Virus record (IMG/VR): IMGVR_UViG_3300002916_000001
Span: 1-64,000 of that record
DNA length: 64,000 bases
Reading direction: 5' to 3' (one strand)
Source of the DNA: a virus
Part shown: positions 19,751 through 30,120 of the stretch, in pieces
Numbering within the stretch: position 1 is the stretch's first letter
Layout of the letters: the number at the start of each line of letters is the position of its first letter
The notes under the pieces: generated by a model
Seen by the model: the letters and a program-made list of their open reading frames with translations, nothing else
What the model was told of the DNA's origin: nothing
The model's database searches: none
Made by a program: the position numbers and the translations under genes

Positions 19751-22177
19751 ATGATCGAAGTAAATCATCAAGAGTTGGTTTCGCTGAAAGATCGGTATCT
19801 TTCCGCTGAAGAGCAAGGATATCCAGAGGCAGAGCAGCAGATCCTGCAAGCGTTGAGGTATCTCGCCGCATGCTGTGATGGCGCTGGTGACAAGGATCAC
19901 ACTGGCTTCAACAAGATCGATGCCCAGTTCGGAGCCGATCTTGCCAACAAACAGTACCCCCTGACATCGCGGCAGCTCATGGCGGCTCGCAGGATGCTCA
20001 ACAAATATCAACCCAGACAGCTCACCCCCGCAGGCCTCCTGCTCCCCGATGAGACATCAGTGCAAACCCTGGCAAGACGCAAGGAAGAGGCATGGACACG
20101 TTCGCAGCAAAGCCGTGAGAACATTGCAGAGATGCGGCAGCCCACGCAATCCCAGGCTCGCGTGATAGGCCTGAAAGACGGACTGCTGGGCGTGATGTTC
20201 CCCGCTGGTGTCAGTGACTTCCAGGAAAATCTTCGCAAGATCCGTGCCATCAAGGAGGAGGTCGAAGGCATCCGTGTGATCAACTCCGCGATGGCCCGTG
20301 TGCAGTTCGTTGAAGACACGAAAGATGGCAAGGTCTTCAAATACTGGCAGGTTCCATTAGAGTACGCAAAGCGTGTCATTGCGGACTTCCCTGACTTCAA
20401 GGTAGTCCCCGAAGTCCTTGAAATGATCAATGTAGAGCGACGACGGATCGAGGAAGAGCAGCGCATTGCAGAGGAGAAAGCAAGGATTGCCAGGGAGCGC
20501 GTTGAGAAGCTACTTGCATGCCTTGGAGATCTGAGTCAGTCCATTGGGGGCCGTGTGCTCTATGAGCATCAACGAGAGGCAGTGAGGACAATGCTGATGT
20601 GGGGCAGTGGTATCGTCGCATTTGATCAAGGTACGGGTAAAACGTTAATGGGTGCACTTATAGGACTTGCCTATAAGAAAGCGGAGAATTGCAAGGTCAT
20701 CATTGCAGGGCCAAAGACAATGAAGGCGTCATGGATTGAAGAGGCGGAACGCGTTGAATGTCCCATTGAATATTATTCTCACGACAGCATACCGGAAGAT
20801 ATCCCAGGCAAATACATCCTTATCGTAGATGAATGCGATTCCTATCAGAACATGCGGGCTGCCAGGACGAAGAAATTCATTGATCTCGCAATGAAGGCCG
20901 TGGCAGTCTTCCCCATGAGTGGGACCCCTGCTAGAAATGGGCGTCCTTCAGGGATATATCCCGCCCTCCTAGCTGTCAAAAACCCACATGTCTATGCAGA
21001 GCTTTCTGATGGGTCTCTTGCTCCTGATCAGATCAAAGCCTTAAAGCGCAGATACGAAGGACGATATTGTGCAGCTGGGGCTACTCGCTTTAGTCAGTGG
21101 GATACAACGGGTGCGTCGCATCTCGAAGAGTTTCATCGCAAGTTCGTTGGAACTCCACGCGGCATTCTGCGAAAACTCATTGACGACTGCATTGACCTCC
21201 CTGAGAAGGTCAGGGAATTAATCCCTGTGGATTTGAATGCTGAAGAGATTCGGACATTTGAAGCTGAGATTGCCCAGATGAGGGAAGATCACGAAAAGCG
21301 CGTTGCAGAGAAAATGGAAGCATTCAAGGCTGAGAGGCTTCCCATCCTGATTGAAGAGGAGATTAGGGCATGGCTACGTCGCAAGTTCGATAAGCAGAGA
21401 ATTGTCGATCTAGGTGAGATGCTCAAACGCGTTTCAGCTGAGGAGATTGAGAAATTCAAGTCCAGGACAATAAGAACCCTCCTTGGAGAGGAGCAAGAGA
21501 GACTCAGACAAGCCGATGCTTTGGTTGCCATGGGCCAATATCGCCATGCAGGGAGTCGTGCAAAATCCAGATCTGCAATCCAGATGATCAGGGGCATCTT
21601 TGCAGAGGATAAAGAGGCGTCTTTAGATGCCAGTCAAGAGGGAAGGGAGCACGCACCTGCCGCCGTGGTAGTCTTCTGCGAATTCAAGGACGTTGCGGCG
21701 CAGGTCGCAGAAGCCTTTGATGTTCCTGTGCTGTCAGGGGATACCCCTGATAAAAAACGCAAACCAATGATCGATGCTTTCCAGAATGGAGAGCGGCGCG
21801 TCTTTGTATCGATCTACGGGGCGGGCGGCGTTGGTATTACCTTGACTGCTGCCGCGCATATCATCCTCATTGGACGCCCTTGGACACCGGGCGCGGCTTT
21901 CCAGGCAGAGGCAAGGATTAGAAGGATAGGCCAAACAAGGACATGTCTCTGCCAGTGGTTACAGATCCCCGCTCATATCAACCATGTCGATGGTCGAATT
22001 GACCAGATCTTGCAGAGCAAGCAGAAGAACATCTCAATGATGCTCGATGGTGCCAAAGAGCACTATGATCCCAATGCACTAGCCTTTGATGCCAAAGAGG
22101 CCCTTGACCTCTTCTACGAAGCGACGCACTTCAAGGCAGGCCAGGAAGTCGAGGCGGAGGTCGTACCTAACATTTAA
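19751..22177 (+). CDS. SNF2/HARP-like SF2 helicase
   Basis: DQGTGKT, DECD, SGTP, GGVGITL, QAEARIRRIGQ. Confidence 0.9.
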   Translation: MIEVNHQELVSLKDRYLSAEEQGYPEAEQQILQALRYLAACCDGAGDKDHTGFNKIDAQFGADLANKQYPLTSRQLMAARRMLNKYQPRQLTPAGLLLPDETSVQTLARRKEEAWTRSQQSRENIAEMRQPTQSQARVIGLKDGLLGVMFPAGVSDFQENLRKIRAIKEEVEGIRVINSAMARVQFVEDTKDGKVFKYWQVPLEYAKRVIADFPDFKVVPEVLEMINVERRRIEEEQRIAEEKARIARERVEKLLACLGDLSQSIGGRVLYEHQREAVRTMLMWGSGIVAFDQGTGKTLMGALIGLAYKKAENCKVIIAGPKTMKASWIEEAERVECPIEYYSHDSIPEDIPGKYILIVDECDSYQNMRAARTKKFIDLAMKAVAVFPMSGTPARNGRPSGIYPALLAVKNPHVYAELSDGSLAPDQIKALKRRYEGRYCAAGATRFSQWDTTGASHLEEFHRKFVGTPRGILRKLIDDCIDLPEKVRELIPVDLNAEEIRTFEAEIAQMREDHEKRVAEKMEAFKAERLPILIEEEIRAWLRRKFDKQRIVDLGEMLKRVSAEEIEKFKSRTIRTLLGEEQERLRQADALVAMGQYRHAGSRAKSRSAIQMIRGIFAEDKEASLDASQEGREHAPAAVVVFCEFKDVAAQVAEAFDVPVLSGDTPDKKRKPMIDAFQNGERRVFVSIYGAGGVGITLTAAAHIILIGRPWTPGAAFQAEARIRRIGQTRTCLCQWLQIPAHINHVDGRIDQILQSKQKNISMMLDGAKEHYDPNALAFDAKEALDLFYEATHFKAGQEVEAEVVPNI

Positions 22178-22247
22178 CTTTCATGTATGCACCTCAAATG
22201 GTAAGAGGTGCATCCATTTTCATCTATAGATATTTTGAGGTCACCCT

Positions 22248-23900
22248 ATGACCGATGACAATACACTCAACCTGGCACGGACCTACATTGCCTCCCTCGC
22301 GGAGGGCATTGACCCCGGCGCTCCCCCCGCACTCAATGGCTTCAGTGAGCAAATCACTGTGCTCAGGGAAGCCTTCGATGACGGTGGCAGTGATGCCATT
22401 GCACGTGCCTTTGAGTCTCTCTCTCGACACAACCCCAAGTACGAACTGCTTCGACCGGCCCTGCTGGCAAAGAAGGCGGGGAAGGCAGCGTATATCTCTG
22501 GTGTTATGCAGCCATTGCCAGAGTCTGCACAACTTCCCGCAGGGCTCAGCAAGGGCGCGTGCTTGTGGCTTGAACGCTATATCAAGTTCTCGAAACGTCT
22601 CTCACCCAGTGGCTATGAAGGCTTCCATGAGGCCGTGGGACTCTGGCTACTGTCCACGATTGCAGCGAGACGCATTGGGTTGCCATTGGGCAGTTCAACA
22701 CAGTACACGATGTTGTATATCACTCTTTGCGCACGAAGCGGCCTCTTCGCAAAGAGTGAAACAACAAGCGTGGGCACAAAGACCTTGAAGCAGGCTGGGA
22801 TGGGGTACTTGTTGATGGGGAACAATCACACACCGCAAAGCTTTATCCGAACGATGACGGGCGTGGTGCCTTCGAACTTTGCTAAGCTTGACGGCATCGA
22901 GCGTGCCAAGGCAGAGAGAAGCATTGCATTTTCAGGGCAAAGATCATGGTTTCTCGATGAGTTCGAGCAATTCATTAGTGGCATGAAGAAGAAGAACGGG
23001 CATATGCATGAGTACTCTGGGATGATGAGAGAGCTGGACAGAGGAGAGGACGAATACACATTGACGACCATTGGACGCGGTGAGGACAAGGTTGACAAGC
23101 CATATCTATCCCTGCTTGCCAATGTGACTCCGTCGGATCTCAAGACTGCCGCAAAGAAAGGCAGCGAAGAGTGGGGGAACGGATTTTGGGCCAGGGTAGC
23201 GGTGATCGGTCCCAACGCTGAGGAGCCCCTGCGGAAGGGCAGGATGCCCAATGAGAAATTCCAGGCCCCCACTGACATCCTTGAACCTCTCATCCGATGG
23301 AATGAGCGTCTTCGTATTCCACCGATCCTCATTGAGGATGACCCTGATGAGCCTGGAAAGTTCAAGGTAGCGCGGGGAGAGTTCCCTGAGAACGAGGTCT
23401 ATTTCGGTGATGGCGTGGTAGACGCATTCTATGCGTACCGTGATGCACTACTTGATATGATACACGGATCTTCAAATACAGACTTAGACGGGAATTATGC
23501 CCGCTTCGCTGCCAAGGCACTGCGCATCTCTATGCTGGCAGCAAGCCTTGAGAACAACAATATCATCGAGATGCGGCATTGGGCACTAGGGCAGGAGATT
23601 GCGGAGCGTTGGCGTGCAAATCTGCACAGCGTGTTCCTTGAAATCAATGAGCCCTCACAGACTGTCAATGAGGCCATCGAGGAGAGGATCATTGCTGGCG
23701 TCAAGAGTTTCACTGAAACGCATGGCAGGCCGCCGACGAAACGTGAGATCTCACAGAGGGCAGGGCGCGGCGCTGATAGCAAGGAACTCGTCAAGATCAT
23801 CGCAGGGATGATCGAAGTCGGGGCACTCGAGGAGATCAATGTAGATGGTAGGAAAACGAAGTGGTATCGGGTGCCGATTGGTGAGAGTGGGGAGGGATGA
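22248..23900 (+). CDS. DUF3987/YfjI-like replicative helicase-associated protein
   Basis: LYITLCARSGLFAKSE, FLDEF, PYLSLLANVTP, GNGFWAR; C-terminal wHTH. Confidence 0.75.
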   Translation: MTDDNTLNLARTYIASLAEGIDPGAPPALNGFSEQITVLREAFDDGGSDAIARAFESLSRHNPKYELLRPALLAKKAGKAAYISGVMQPLPESAQLPAGLSKGACLWLERYIKFSKRLSPSGYEGFHEAVGLWLLSTIAARRIGLPLGSSTQYTMLYITLCARSGLFAKSETTSVGTKTLKQAGMGYLLMGNNHTPQSFIRTMTGVVPSNFAKLDGIERAKAERSIAFSGQRSWFLDEFEQFISGMKKKNGHMHEYSGMMRELDRGEDEYTLTTIGRGEDKVDKPYLSLLANVTPSDLKTAAKKGSEEWGNGFWARVAVIGPNAEEPLRKGRMPNEKFQAPTDILEPLIRWNERLRIPPILIEDDPDEPGKFKVARGEFPENEVYFGDGVVDAFYAYRDALLDMIHGSSNTDLDGNYARFAAKALRISMLAASLENNNIIEMRHWALGQEIAERWRANLHSVFLEINEPSQTVNEAIEERIIAGVKSFTETHGRPPTKREISQRAGRGADSKELVKIIAGMIEVGALEEINVDGRKTKWYRVPIGESGEG

Positions 23901-24151
23901 GCAAGCTTAGCCCAACCCCAGATGAGAGAGCCATTTACACGCATATCGGCAGTCGTATCCAAGAAGAGCGCAAGTCGCTTGGCTTTAGCCAGATGGATCT
24001 TGCGCAAGAGGTAGGATTAGCAAGAGTGTCCATCAGCAATATTGAAGTAGGCAGGTATTGTACATCAATATCAATGCTTTACAAAATTGCAAGAGCGTTA
24101 GGAATATCGGTCATGGCACTGTTGCCAGGAGAGGAGTTCCATCTTGATTAA
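23897..24151 (+). CDS. XRE-family HTH regulator
   Basis: SQMDLAQEVGLARVSISNIEVG. Confidence 0.9.
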   Translation: MSKLSPTPDERAIYTHIGSRIQEERKSLGFSQMDLAQEVGLARVSISNIEVGRYCTSISMLYKIARALGISVMALLPGEEFHLD

Positions 24152-24283
24152 TCTGTTATGGGCAATACCAGCACTTATTATACTGTTTTTCTTGATAGCT
24201 ATTGCAACGATATACATAAAACATAAGCATACTGAAACACCTGAACTAGATAGAGCACTATTCAGAAAATGGAGAAGACAGCC

Positions 24284-25006
24284 ATGACAGAAAGCACACG
24301 TGAAGATAAGCCACTGAGGGCAAAGGCATATGGGCACATCCCTCACCTGCCAGGAAGTCGCATAGGACCCGGTGACCATCACTGCCATCCAGGGCAATCG
24401 CTGATGTGCACTGTCAAGCGCAAGGAAAAGCACGATGAGGTCATTGTGCAAGAAAAGCTTGACGGATCTTGCTGTGCAGTGGCCCTCATTGATGGAGCGC
24501 TGATTCCATTGACACGCCCTGGCAACCTTGCTAGTCAATCTCGCTATAGGCAGCACCATCTCTTTGCCGCGTGGGTTTATTCTCAGCAGGATCGATTTCT
24601 GGGGGTTCTGCAAGAGGGTGAAAGGATTGTAGGTGAGTGGCTAGCACAAGCCCATGGTACGCGCTACAACCTGCCGCATGATCCCTTTGCAGTCTTCGAC
24701 ATCATGACTCTCCATGAACGCACTGCCTACGATGTGCTCATTGAAAGAGTCAAGGCAGGAGGCTTTGTCACCCCAAGGCTTATTCATCGGGGAGGTCCGA
24801 TTAGCATAGAAGCCGTGTTAGCAAGGTTAGAGCCAAGTGGACACGGTGCCCTTGACCTCGTCGAGGGTGCAGTGTGGCGCGTAGAGCGACGCGATAAAGT
24901 GCACTTCCTCGCAAAATACGTGAGACCTGACAAAGTTGACGGTATCTATCTGAGCGAAGATGACCCTGTATGGAACTGGCAACCGGATTGGAGGACGCAG
25001 CCATGA
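24284..25006 (+). CDS. ATP-dependent RNA ligase family protein
   Basis: QEKLDGS (motif I), GEWL, FDI, EGAVWR, AKYVRPD. Confidence 0.85.
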   Translation: MTESTREDKPLRAKAYGHIPHLPGSRIGPGDHHCHPGQSLMCTVKRKEKHDEVIVQEKLDGSCCAVALIDGALIPLTRPGNLASQSRYRQHHLFAAWVYSQQDRFLGVLQEGERIVGEWLAQAHGTRYNLPHDPFAVFDIMTLHERTAYDVLIERVKAGGFVTPRLIHRGGPISIEAVLARLEPSGHGALDLVEGAVWRVERRDKVHFLAKYVRPDKVDGIYLSEDDPVWNWQPDWRTQP

Positions 25007-26661
25007 CTCTTGCACTCTTGGATACCGTGGAACGCTATGCCACTCCTCAGCGCAAAACATCGAAAGAGCACTGCTCTCCATGTCCCTTCTGTGGCGGCAA
25101 TGACAGATTTATCATCCTACCTTATGAGTCCTCGCACAAGGGCAAGGACATGCCCCCGCACGCATTCTGCAGGCAGTGCCAGTGGTGGGGAACAGCAGAG
25201 ATGCTGCTTCAGCAAAAAGAACACATCAGCTATGCCGACGCCAAGGCGATCATTGACGGCTCAAAGACTATCAGTGAGGTATCCACTGGCACTCATCGAC
25301 CTGCGGGGAGGACAAAGAAGACAACCCCTGCTAGTGTTGAGGGAGCGCCCTGCGTGGAATGGCAAAGTCTTCTTGCCTTCTGCAAGGTTGCCAAGGCAGC
25401 TCTTTGGAGTGAGGCAGGGGCAAAGGCGTTGCAGTGGCTGCGAGGTCGAGGACTTCTCGATGAGCTCATTGACTCCCATCAGTTTGGGTATAATCCCCGC
25501 GATTGGTACATGGAACGCCCCGAAGAGCTAGGCCTCGCACGCGGTGAGAAGCTATGGCTGCCACGCGGCATTGTCATCCCCTACCTTGGGCAAGATCAAC
25601 TATGGAAGATCGAGATCCGACGGGCAACCAATCAAAAGAAAGACCGCTATTGGAACGTCAAGGGCAGCGCCAACACCCTGTACAACTATGCCAGCCTTGA
25701 ATTTCGCGGCAAGGCAGTAGTGTGCGAGGGTGTCTTCGATGCAGTCATCATGAAGCAAGCAATGCAAGAGGCAGGGGCATCAGGGACTGCCGTGGTCGCC
25801 ACGGGGTCAACCAATGGGTCCTATGAAGACCGCTGGATCATGAAGCTCTCACTCTGCGATAGCGTGGCCTTTGCGTTCGATGCCGACGACGGGGGCAACA
25901 AGGCATTTCAGTGGTGGCAGTCAAGGATATCCAATGCAAAGCGATGGGTGCCCAGCAATGGCGATGTCAATGAAATGTACGTCCAGGACAAAGCGGGCTT
26001 GATCGATGCCATTGCCTGCGGGTTCGTCTTGAGAGACCCATGCAAGGTCTGTGATAAGGCATCGACTGCCATGGACATCTATGAGAGGCAGTGGTGTGCA
26101 GAGCACTTTCCCAAGCCCGTAGAACGATTTGAGGGGCTAGAGGAGTATTGCTATGAATGCGGTGATGACCTTGATAGCTATGATGTCTACGGGCGAGCAT
26201 GGTGTGCAGTGCATAAGCCTGTAGAAATGCAAGTGACATGGCCAGTGGTAAATGAGCCTGTAGAGCCAATTCAAGATATCCCTGCACCAGAAAAAGAGGC
26301 GGTTGAATGGCCAGTCATTGAGCCAGTCCATGAAGTCATTGCAGAGCCGGTGATAGTCCCTGCCAAGTCATCGCAGCGCAAGGAGAAGGCAAAGACGGCA
26401 TCGATGTGCAATACCGATGGGTGCTATGGATTGATCCAATGCCACGACATGGCAGGCGGGCAGTGGTGCAGTAACTGCCAACTCAGACAGCGCTTCGTAG
26501 ATGATATGTTTGCCATCGGCTTTCCACGGATCGAATACTCACCGACGCACTTCGTTGAGGCCGGTGAGAGTCAGTGCACAATCTTTGCAAAGTCGATGAG
26601 TATGACAGCGGTGTCATTGGCATGCAGAGAGGTCAACCGTCTTGCCCTTGTTGCTCAATGA
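25003..26661 (+). CDS. DNA primase (zinc finger + TOPRIM) with Cys-rich tail
   Basis: CPFCGG.DRF..CRQC, CEGVFDA, FDADDGG. Confidence 0.88.
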   Translation: MTLALLDTVERYATPQRKTSKEHCSPCPFCGGNDRFIILPYESSHKGKDMPPHAFCRQCQWWGTAEMLLQQKEHISYADAKAIIDGSKTISEVSTGTHRPAGRTKKTTPASVEGAPCVEWQSLLAFCKVAKAALWSEAGAKALQWLRGRGLLDELIDSHQFGYNPRDWYMERPEELGLARGEKLWLPRGIVIPYLGQDQLWKIEIRRATNQKKDRYWNVKGSANTLYNYASLEFRGKAVVCEGVFDAVIMKQAMQEAGASGTAVVATGSTNGSYEDRWIMKLSLCDSVAFAFDADDGGNKAFQWWQSRISNAKRWVPSNGDVNEMYVQDKAGLIDAIACGFVLRDPCKVCDKASTAMDIYERQWCAEHFPKPVERFEGLEEYCYECGDDLDSYDVYGRAWCAVHKPVEMQVTWPVVNEPVEPIQDIPAPEKEAVEWPVIEPVHEVIAEPVIVPAKSSQRKEKAKTASMCNTDGCYGLIQCHDMAGGQWCSNCQLRQRFVDDMFAIGFPRIEYSPTHFVEAGESQCTIFAKSMSMTAVSLACREVNRLALVAQ

Positions 26662-27089
26662 GACCCTGAATGCCCTTGTTGAGGATATCCACTGCTATCT
26701 CCATGCATGCTTCGTCACCCATTGATACGCCTTGAGCAGCAGAGCATGCTACAACGAACTTTCTCCATGTATCCTGTGAGATCATTGCTCGCAATTCAAT
26801 GTCAGGCGTTGGGTCCTCGACGTATTTCCTTGCAAGTTCGTGGGCTTCCAGGGCAAGTTGCGCTGCATGCTGTGGATATTGCATGACCCATCCACATAAG
26901 AATGCCAATTCTCTAATTGCGGTTTTTGCCGCGTCTTGCTCTCGTTGCCAGCTGCGTTTTTGTAGATCCATGTTCCCCACCTTTCTTGTGCACAAAAATA
27001 TTTCGATATACCTCTACAGTGTACCACAATCCCAAGATCCAATCTTGTGGGCTTCGAAGCTCTTCCGTGATATTTTGGTGTAAACATGC

Positions 27090-27347
27090 ATGAGAATAGC
27101 AATGGAACCATTAAAGGTACTATTCGGCAGGCGTCTTCAGCAAATACGCAGTAAGCAGGGTTGCAGTCAGGAGAAGCTTGCAGAAGCCATCCATTGCACT
27201 CCACAGCATCTCAGTGAAATTGAGCGAGGCATCAGTGGCACGCACTTTGACCGCGTTGATAAGATAGCAGAATTTTTGAATGTTCCCGTGGAAGATCTCT
27301 TTCGTTTCTCTGAACTTCCCAAAGATCTCATCGAAAATGATCAATAG
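27090..27347 (+). CDS. XRE-family HTH regulator
   Basis: SQEKLAEAIHCTPQHLSEIERG. Confidence 0.9.
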   Translation: MRIAMEPLKVLFGRRLQQIRSKQGCSQEKLAEAIHCTPQHLSEIERGISGTHFDRVDKIAEFLNVPVEDLFRFSELPKDLIENDQ

Positions 27348-27685
27348 AAAGTTGTCCCTCTATCCCCCTAGCAATAGGTCGAATATGTTTATATCATAGG
27401 TGCCAATTGATGAGCCTCCTTGACAGAATTGTCGAAACTTGTTATATTCCAAAGAAGAGGTTTAAATGCAAAAACACCAACCTTCGAAATAATGTGAAAA
27501 ACCTCTTATGCGGGTATTCTAGTGAATACCCATTTTTCTTGGAATCAGAGATTAGTACGATTCCCGTATCTTTTCAACAGGACCAACGACTGTATTAGTG
27601 TAGACCACTGTAGATTGTTCCTTGAGATATAATGGAGTTGACTACTATTTCTGAAGACTAACTAACCCAAGAGGAGCGCCACCGA

Positions 27686-28456
27686 ATGCGATTAGCCTAT
27701 GTTACCTACGGGATGGGTCACGCCCGTCTCGTTGCTTACAAGCCAGAGAAAGAGAAGACCTTTTTCATTGCCCGCTTTGCCGACTCTACAAACAAAGAAT
27801 CCACTGCCATCTTCCACGCCTTCGCCCCAATGATTCACCTTGGACCTGCCATGCTTGCCCATGATTTTGCGTTGGAAGCATGGGATGGCGAAGTGATCGT
27901 CGGGCAGTGCAAGGGTTCGTTCGTGGATGGGTTGCAGTTGACGGAGAAGTCGGGCTATTTCGAGAAGGTGAATCCCCTGCCATTCGCGGGGGAGGACCAT
28001 GAGACGATAAAAGCATCGCGATCGGCAGATGGTCCCGGTCTTTCATCGACAGACATCATTGTACTCTCTCGCAAGTGGGAGAGGACTCACCAGTCCACGA
28101 TTCACATTGCAGTCGGTGAAAGCAGGATCAAGTGGTGGAACAATCACGGCCTCGTGGAGGCAGAAGGCGGTGGCGACACACGGATCACCGGGTGGTCATC
28201 GTCGCGGCAGAGTACCCTCGTTGATCTCCATTGCGCCCTGGTGGCGGTGCTTTCGGGGCCACGTCAGGGAGAAGCGGGGTATTTGCTGTGGGGCGATGAC
28301 GGTGGAATCAGAGTTGGCGGTGGTGAAGGCGGGCGAATAAAGGGCGCAGCGCTGGCTCCATCGCTGGATAATCTGCCCAAGAGGATGCACGAACCGCTCA
28401 AGTTGCCTCCCGTGAGCGTGACGCAAGGCAGTGGGAAGGCGTTGAGTGCACTATAA
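27686..28456 (+). CDS. Moron-like hypothetical protein
   Basis: 256-aa ORF, GAGGAG RBS, AT-rich upstream region, hairpin at 28458-28486. Confidence 0.65.
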   Translation: MRLAYVTYGMGHARLVAYKPEKEKTFFIARFADSTNKESTAIFHAFAPMIHLGPAMLAHDFALEAWDGEVIVGQCKGSFVDGLQLTEKSGYFEKVNPLPFAGEDHETIKASRSADGPGLSSTDIIVLSRKWERTHQSTIHIAVGESRIKWWNNHGLVEAEGGGDTRITGWSSSRQSTLVDLHCALVAVLSGPRQGEAGYLLWGDDGGIRVGGGEGGRIKGAALAPSLDNLPKRMHEPLKLPPVSVTQGSGKALSAL

Positions 28457-28505
28457 TGCCCCTGGAATCAATGGATTCCAGGGGCTTGCTCTTTGAGGAT
28501 CGGGG

Positions 28506-29048
28506 CTAGACGATGATAGGGCCGTCCTTAAAATAGTCCCAGGCAAAAATGAAATCGCATCCGCAATTCTCGGCGGCATCCTTGTCCTCTTGGCGATCAC
28601 CTATCATAATCGTGTCGTGTCGATCAATTCCAAAGTGATCCATAGCTTCTATAAGCATGCCTGGACCTGGCTTCCTACGGTCCCACTCTTTGTAGTACTC
28701 GGGCACGGTCAAAGCCTTGATAGTCTTGTCTGAAGCTTTGGCCTTTTCGCCAGTATCCCGATAACAGACGAAGAATGCATCGATAGCGAATGTCTCACAA
28801 AAGCTATCTAACCAAGCATTCATTTCCGCCATATCCAGAAATCCCCAAGCAGCGCCACCCTGATTGGTAATAACAGCCATCTTTTTATCTTGCTTATGCA
28901 GGTCTTCCAGTCGCTCTTTTCGCCTTAGTGCTAGTGCCCTATCTCCTGCTGTTTGAGGAAAGGTTTTTCCTAGCACTGGCTTTGTTAATGTATCGTCCAA
29001 ATCAAAAAGGTAAAGTTGGTACTCCCTGATTTCAATGCTTTGCATCAA
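28506..29048 (-). CDS. HAD-IIIA phosphatase (Pnkp 3'-phosphatase/GmhB-like)
   Basis: FDLDDTL, ITNQGG, RKPGPGM, IGDRQED. Confidence 0.9.
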   Translation of the reverse strand: MMQSIEIREYQLYLFDLDDTLTKPVLGKTFPQTAGDRALALRRKERLEDLHKQDKKMAVITNQGGAAWGFLDMAEMNAWLDSFCETFAIDAFFVCYRDTGEKAKASDKTIKALTVPEYYKEWDRRKPGPGMLIEAMDHFGIDRHDTIMIGDRQEDKDAAENCGCDFIFAWDYFKDGPIIV

Positions 29049-29692
29049 TTTCTCCTTTGCGCCTCTTCAGCACGCAACTCTAAAATACGTTCTCTCACCA
29101 GTTTTAGCCCGCCCTTCACCGTCTTGGAATAAAGCACACCAAGCTCTTCCAGTTCAGGCACACTGATCCGGTAGCCAGTCCCATCCTCATGCGGATAGAA
29201 ACGAACATCATAGCCCCAGACCTTGCCTTCCCTGACAAAGTGCTTTGCCTTGGGTGGTCGTTCGCAGTTGTTCTTTGTTACCGCTGCAGATCGTTCATTA
29301 TGGTTGTGGACCTGTCCGTGTTTTTCACGGTATTCCTTGGCTGTCACCTTGCCTTTCTTGGACATTTCCTTGTACTGCCCGGACTGGCGGTGATAAGCAA
29401 CGGCACAAATCTCATCACAGAAATGCTGCTCTGATTTCTGCCACACAGCAGGATTGGAGCGCATGGTGTCCAGAGGCTTTGAGCAGAACGCGCATAGAAC
29501 CTGCTTAGGTCGACGTTCGATTGCTTGGATGCGCCGATGCTCGTAGAGGCACACTTTATCGCAGTACTTGTATCCCTCCCGTGCTTTCTCCTTGAGTAGC
29601 TTTGCACCACATTGTGGGTTCTCGCAGAACTTCACTGCTGTCTCCCTGCTTGCCTTGCGGGGATGTGGCTTCTTCTTTGGCTTGATGGTCAT
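29045..29692 (-). CDS. Zinc-finger protein with HicB-like C-terminal domain
   Basis: Two CxxC...FC/YCxxxC clusters; YDVRFYPHEDGTGYRISVPEL. Confidence 0.6.
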   Translation of the reverse strand: MTIKPKKKPHPRKASRETAVKFCENPQCGAKLLKEKAREGYKYCDKVCLYEHRRIQAIERRPKQVLCAFCSKPLDTMRSNPAVWQKSEQHFCDEICAVAYHRQSGQYKEMSKKGKVTAKEYREKHGQVHNHNERSAAVTKNNCERPPKAKHFVREGKVWGYDVRFYPHEDGTGYRISVPELEELGVLYSKTVKGGLKLVRERILELRAEEAQRRN

Positions 29693-29868
29693 TGCAATCT
29701 CCTTTCATTGGTACGTCGCAGTATAGCAGGGACTGCAAAGAAAGGCAAGGATAGGCTTTGGCTTTCAGTGAAAACAACTCTTGACAGTTCTTCCATGGAT
29801 GGGCTAAGATATAACCATACCAATCGGGCATTTCCGATATATGTAACACAAGAAGGAGAGAGATTTTA

Positions 29869-30081
29869 ATGGCAAGAATGACTACATTGCAAACCAATTC
29901 CGAGCTTCTGACTGTACACGAGATAGCGCAAATTTTACGGTGTGATGATACAACAGTGCGCCGCTGGGTGAAGCAGGGCACACTCGATGCCATTTCACTG
30001 CCCCATCGAGGCATTCGCACAGCTTATCGCATTCGTCGATCCACACTGCAATCGCTGCTTGCCACGACTGTGCAAAGGTAG
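29869..30081 (+). CDS. Excisionase-like HTH_17 protein
   Basis: LLTVHEIAQILRCDDTTVRRWVKQG. Confidence 0.88.
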   Translation: MARMTTLQTNSELLTVHEIAQILRCDDTTVRRWVKQGTLDAISLPHRGIRTAYRIRRSTLQSLLATTVQR

Positions 30082-30120
30082 ACAACGATCTTCCAGGAAA
30101 AGGCAGAGCCCCGTCACCGA

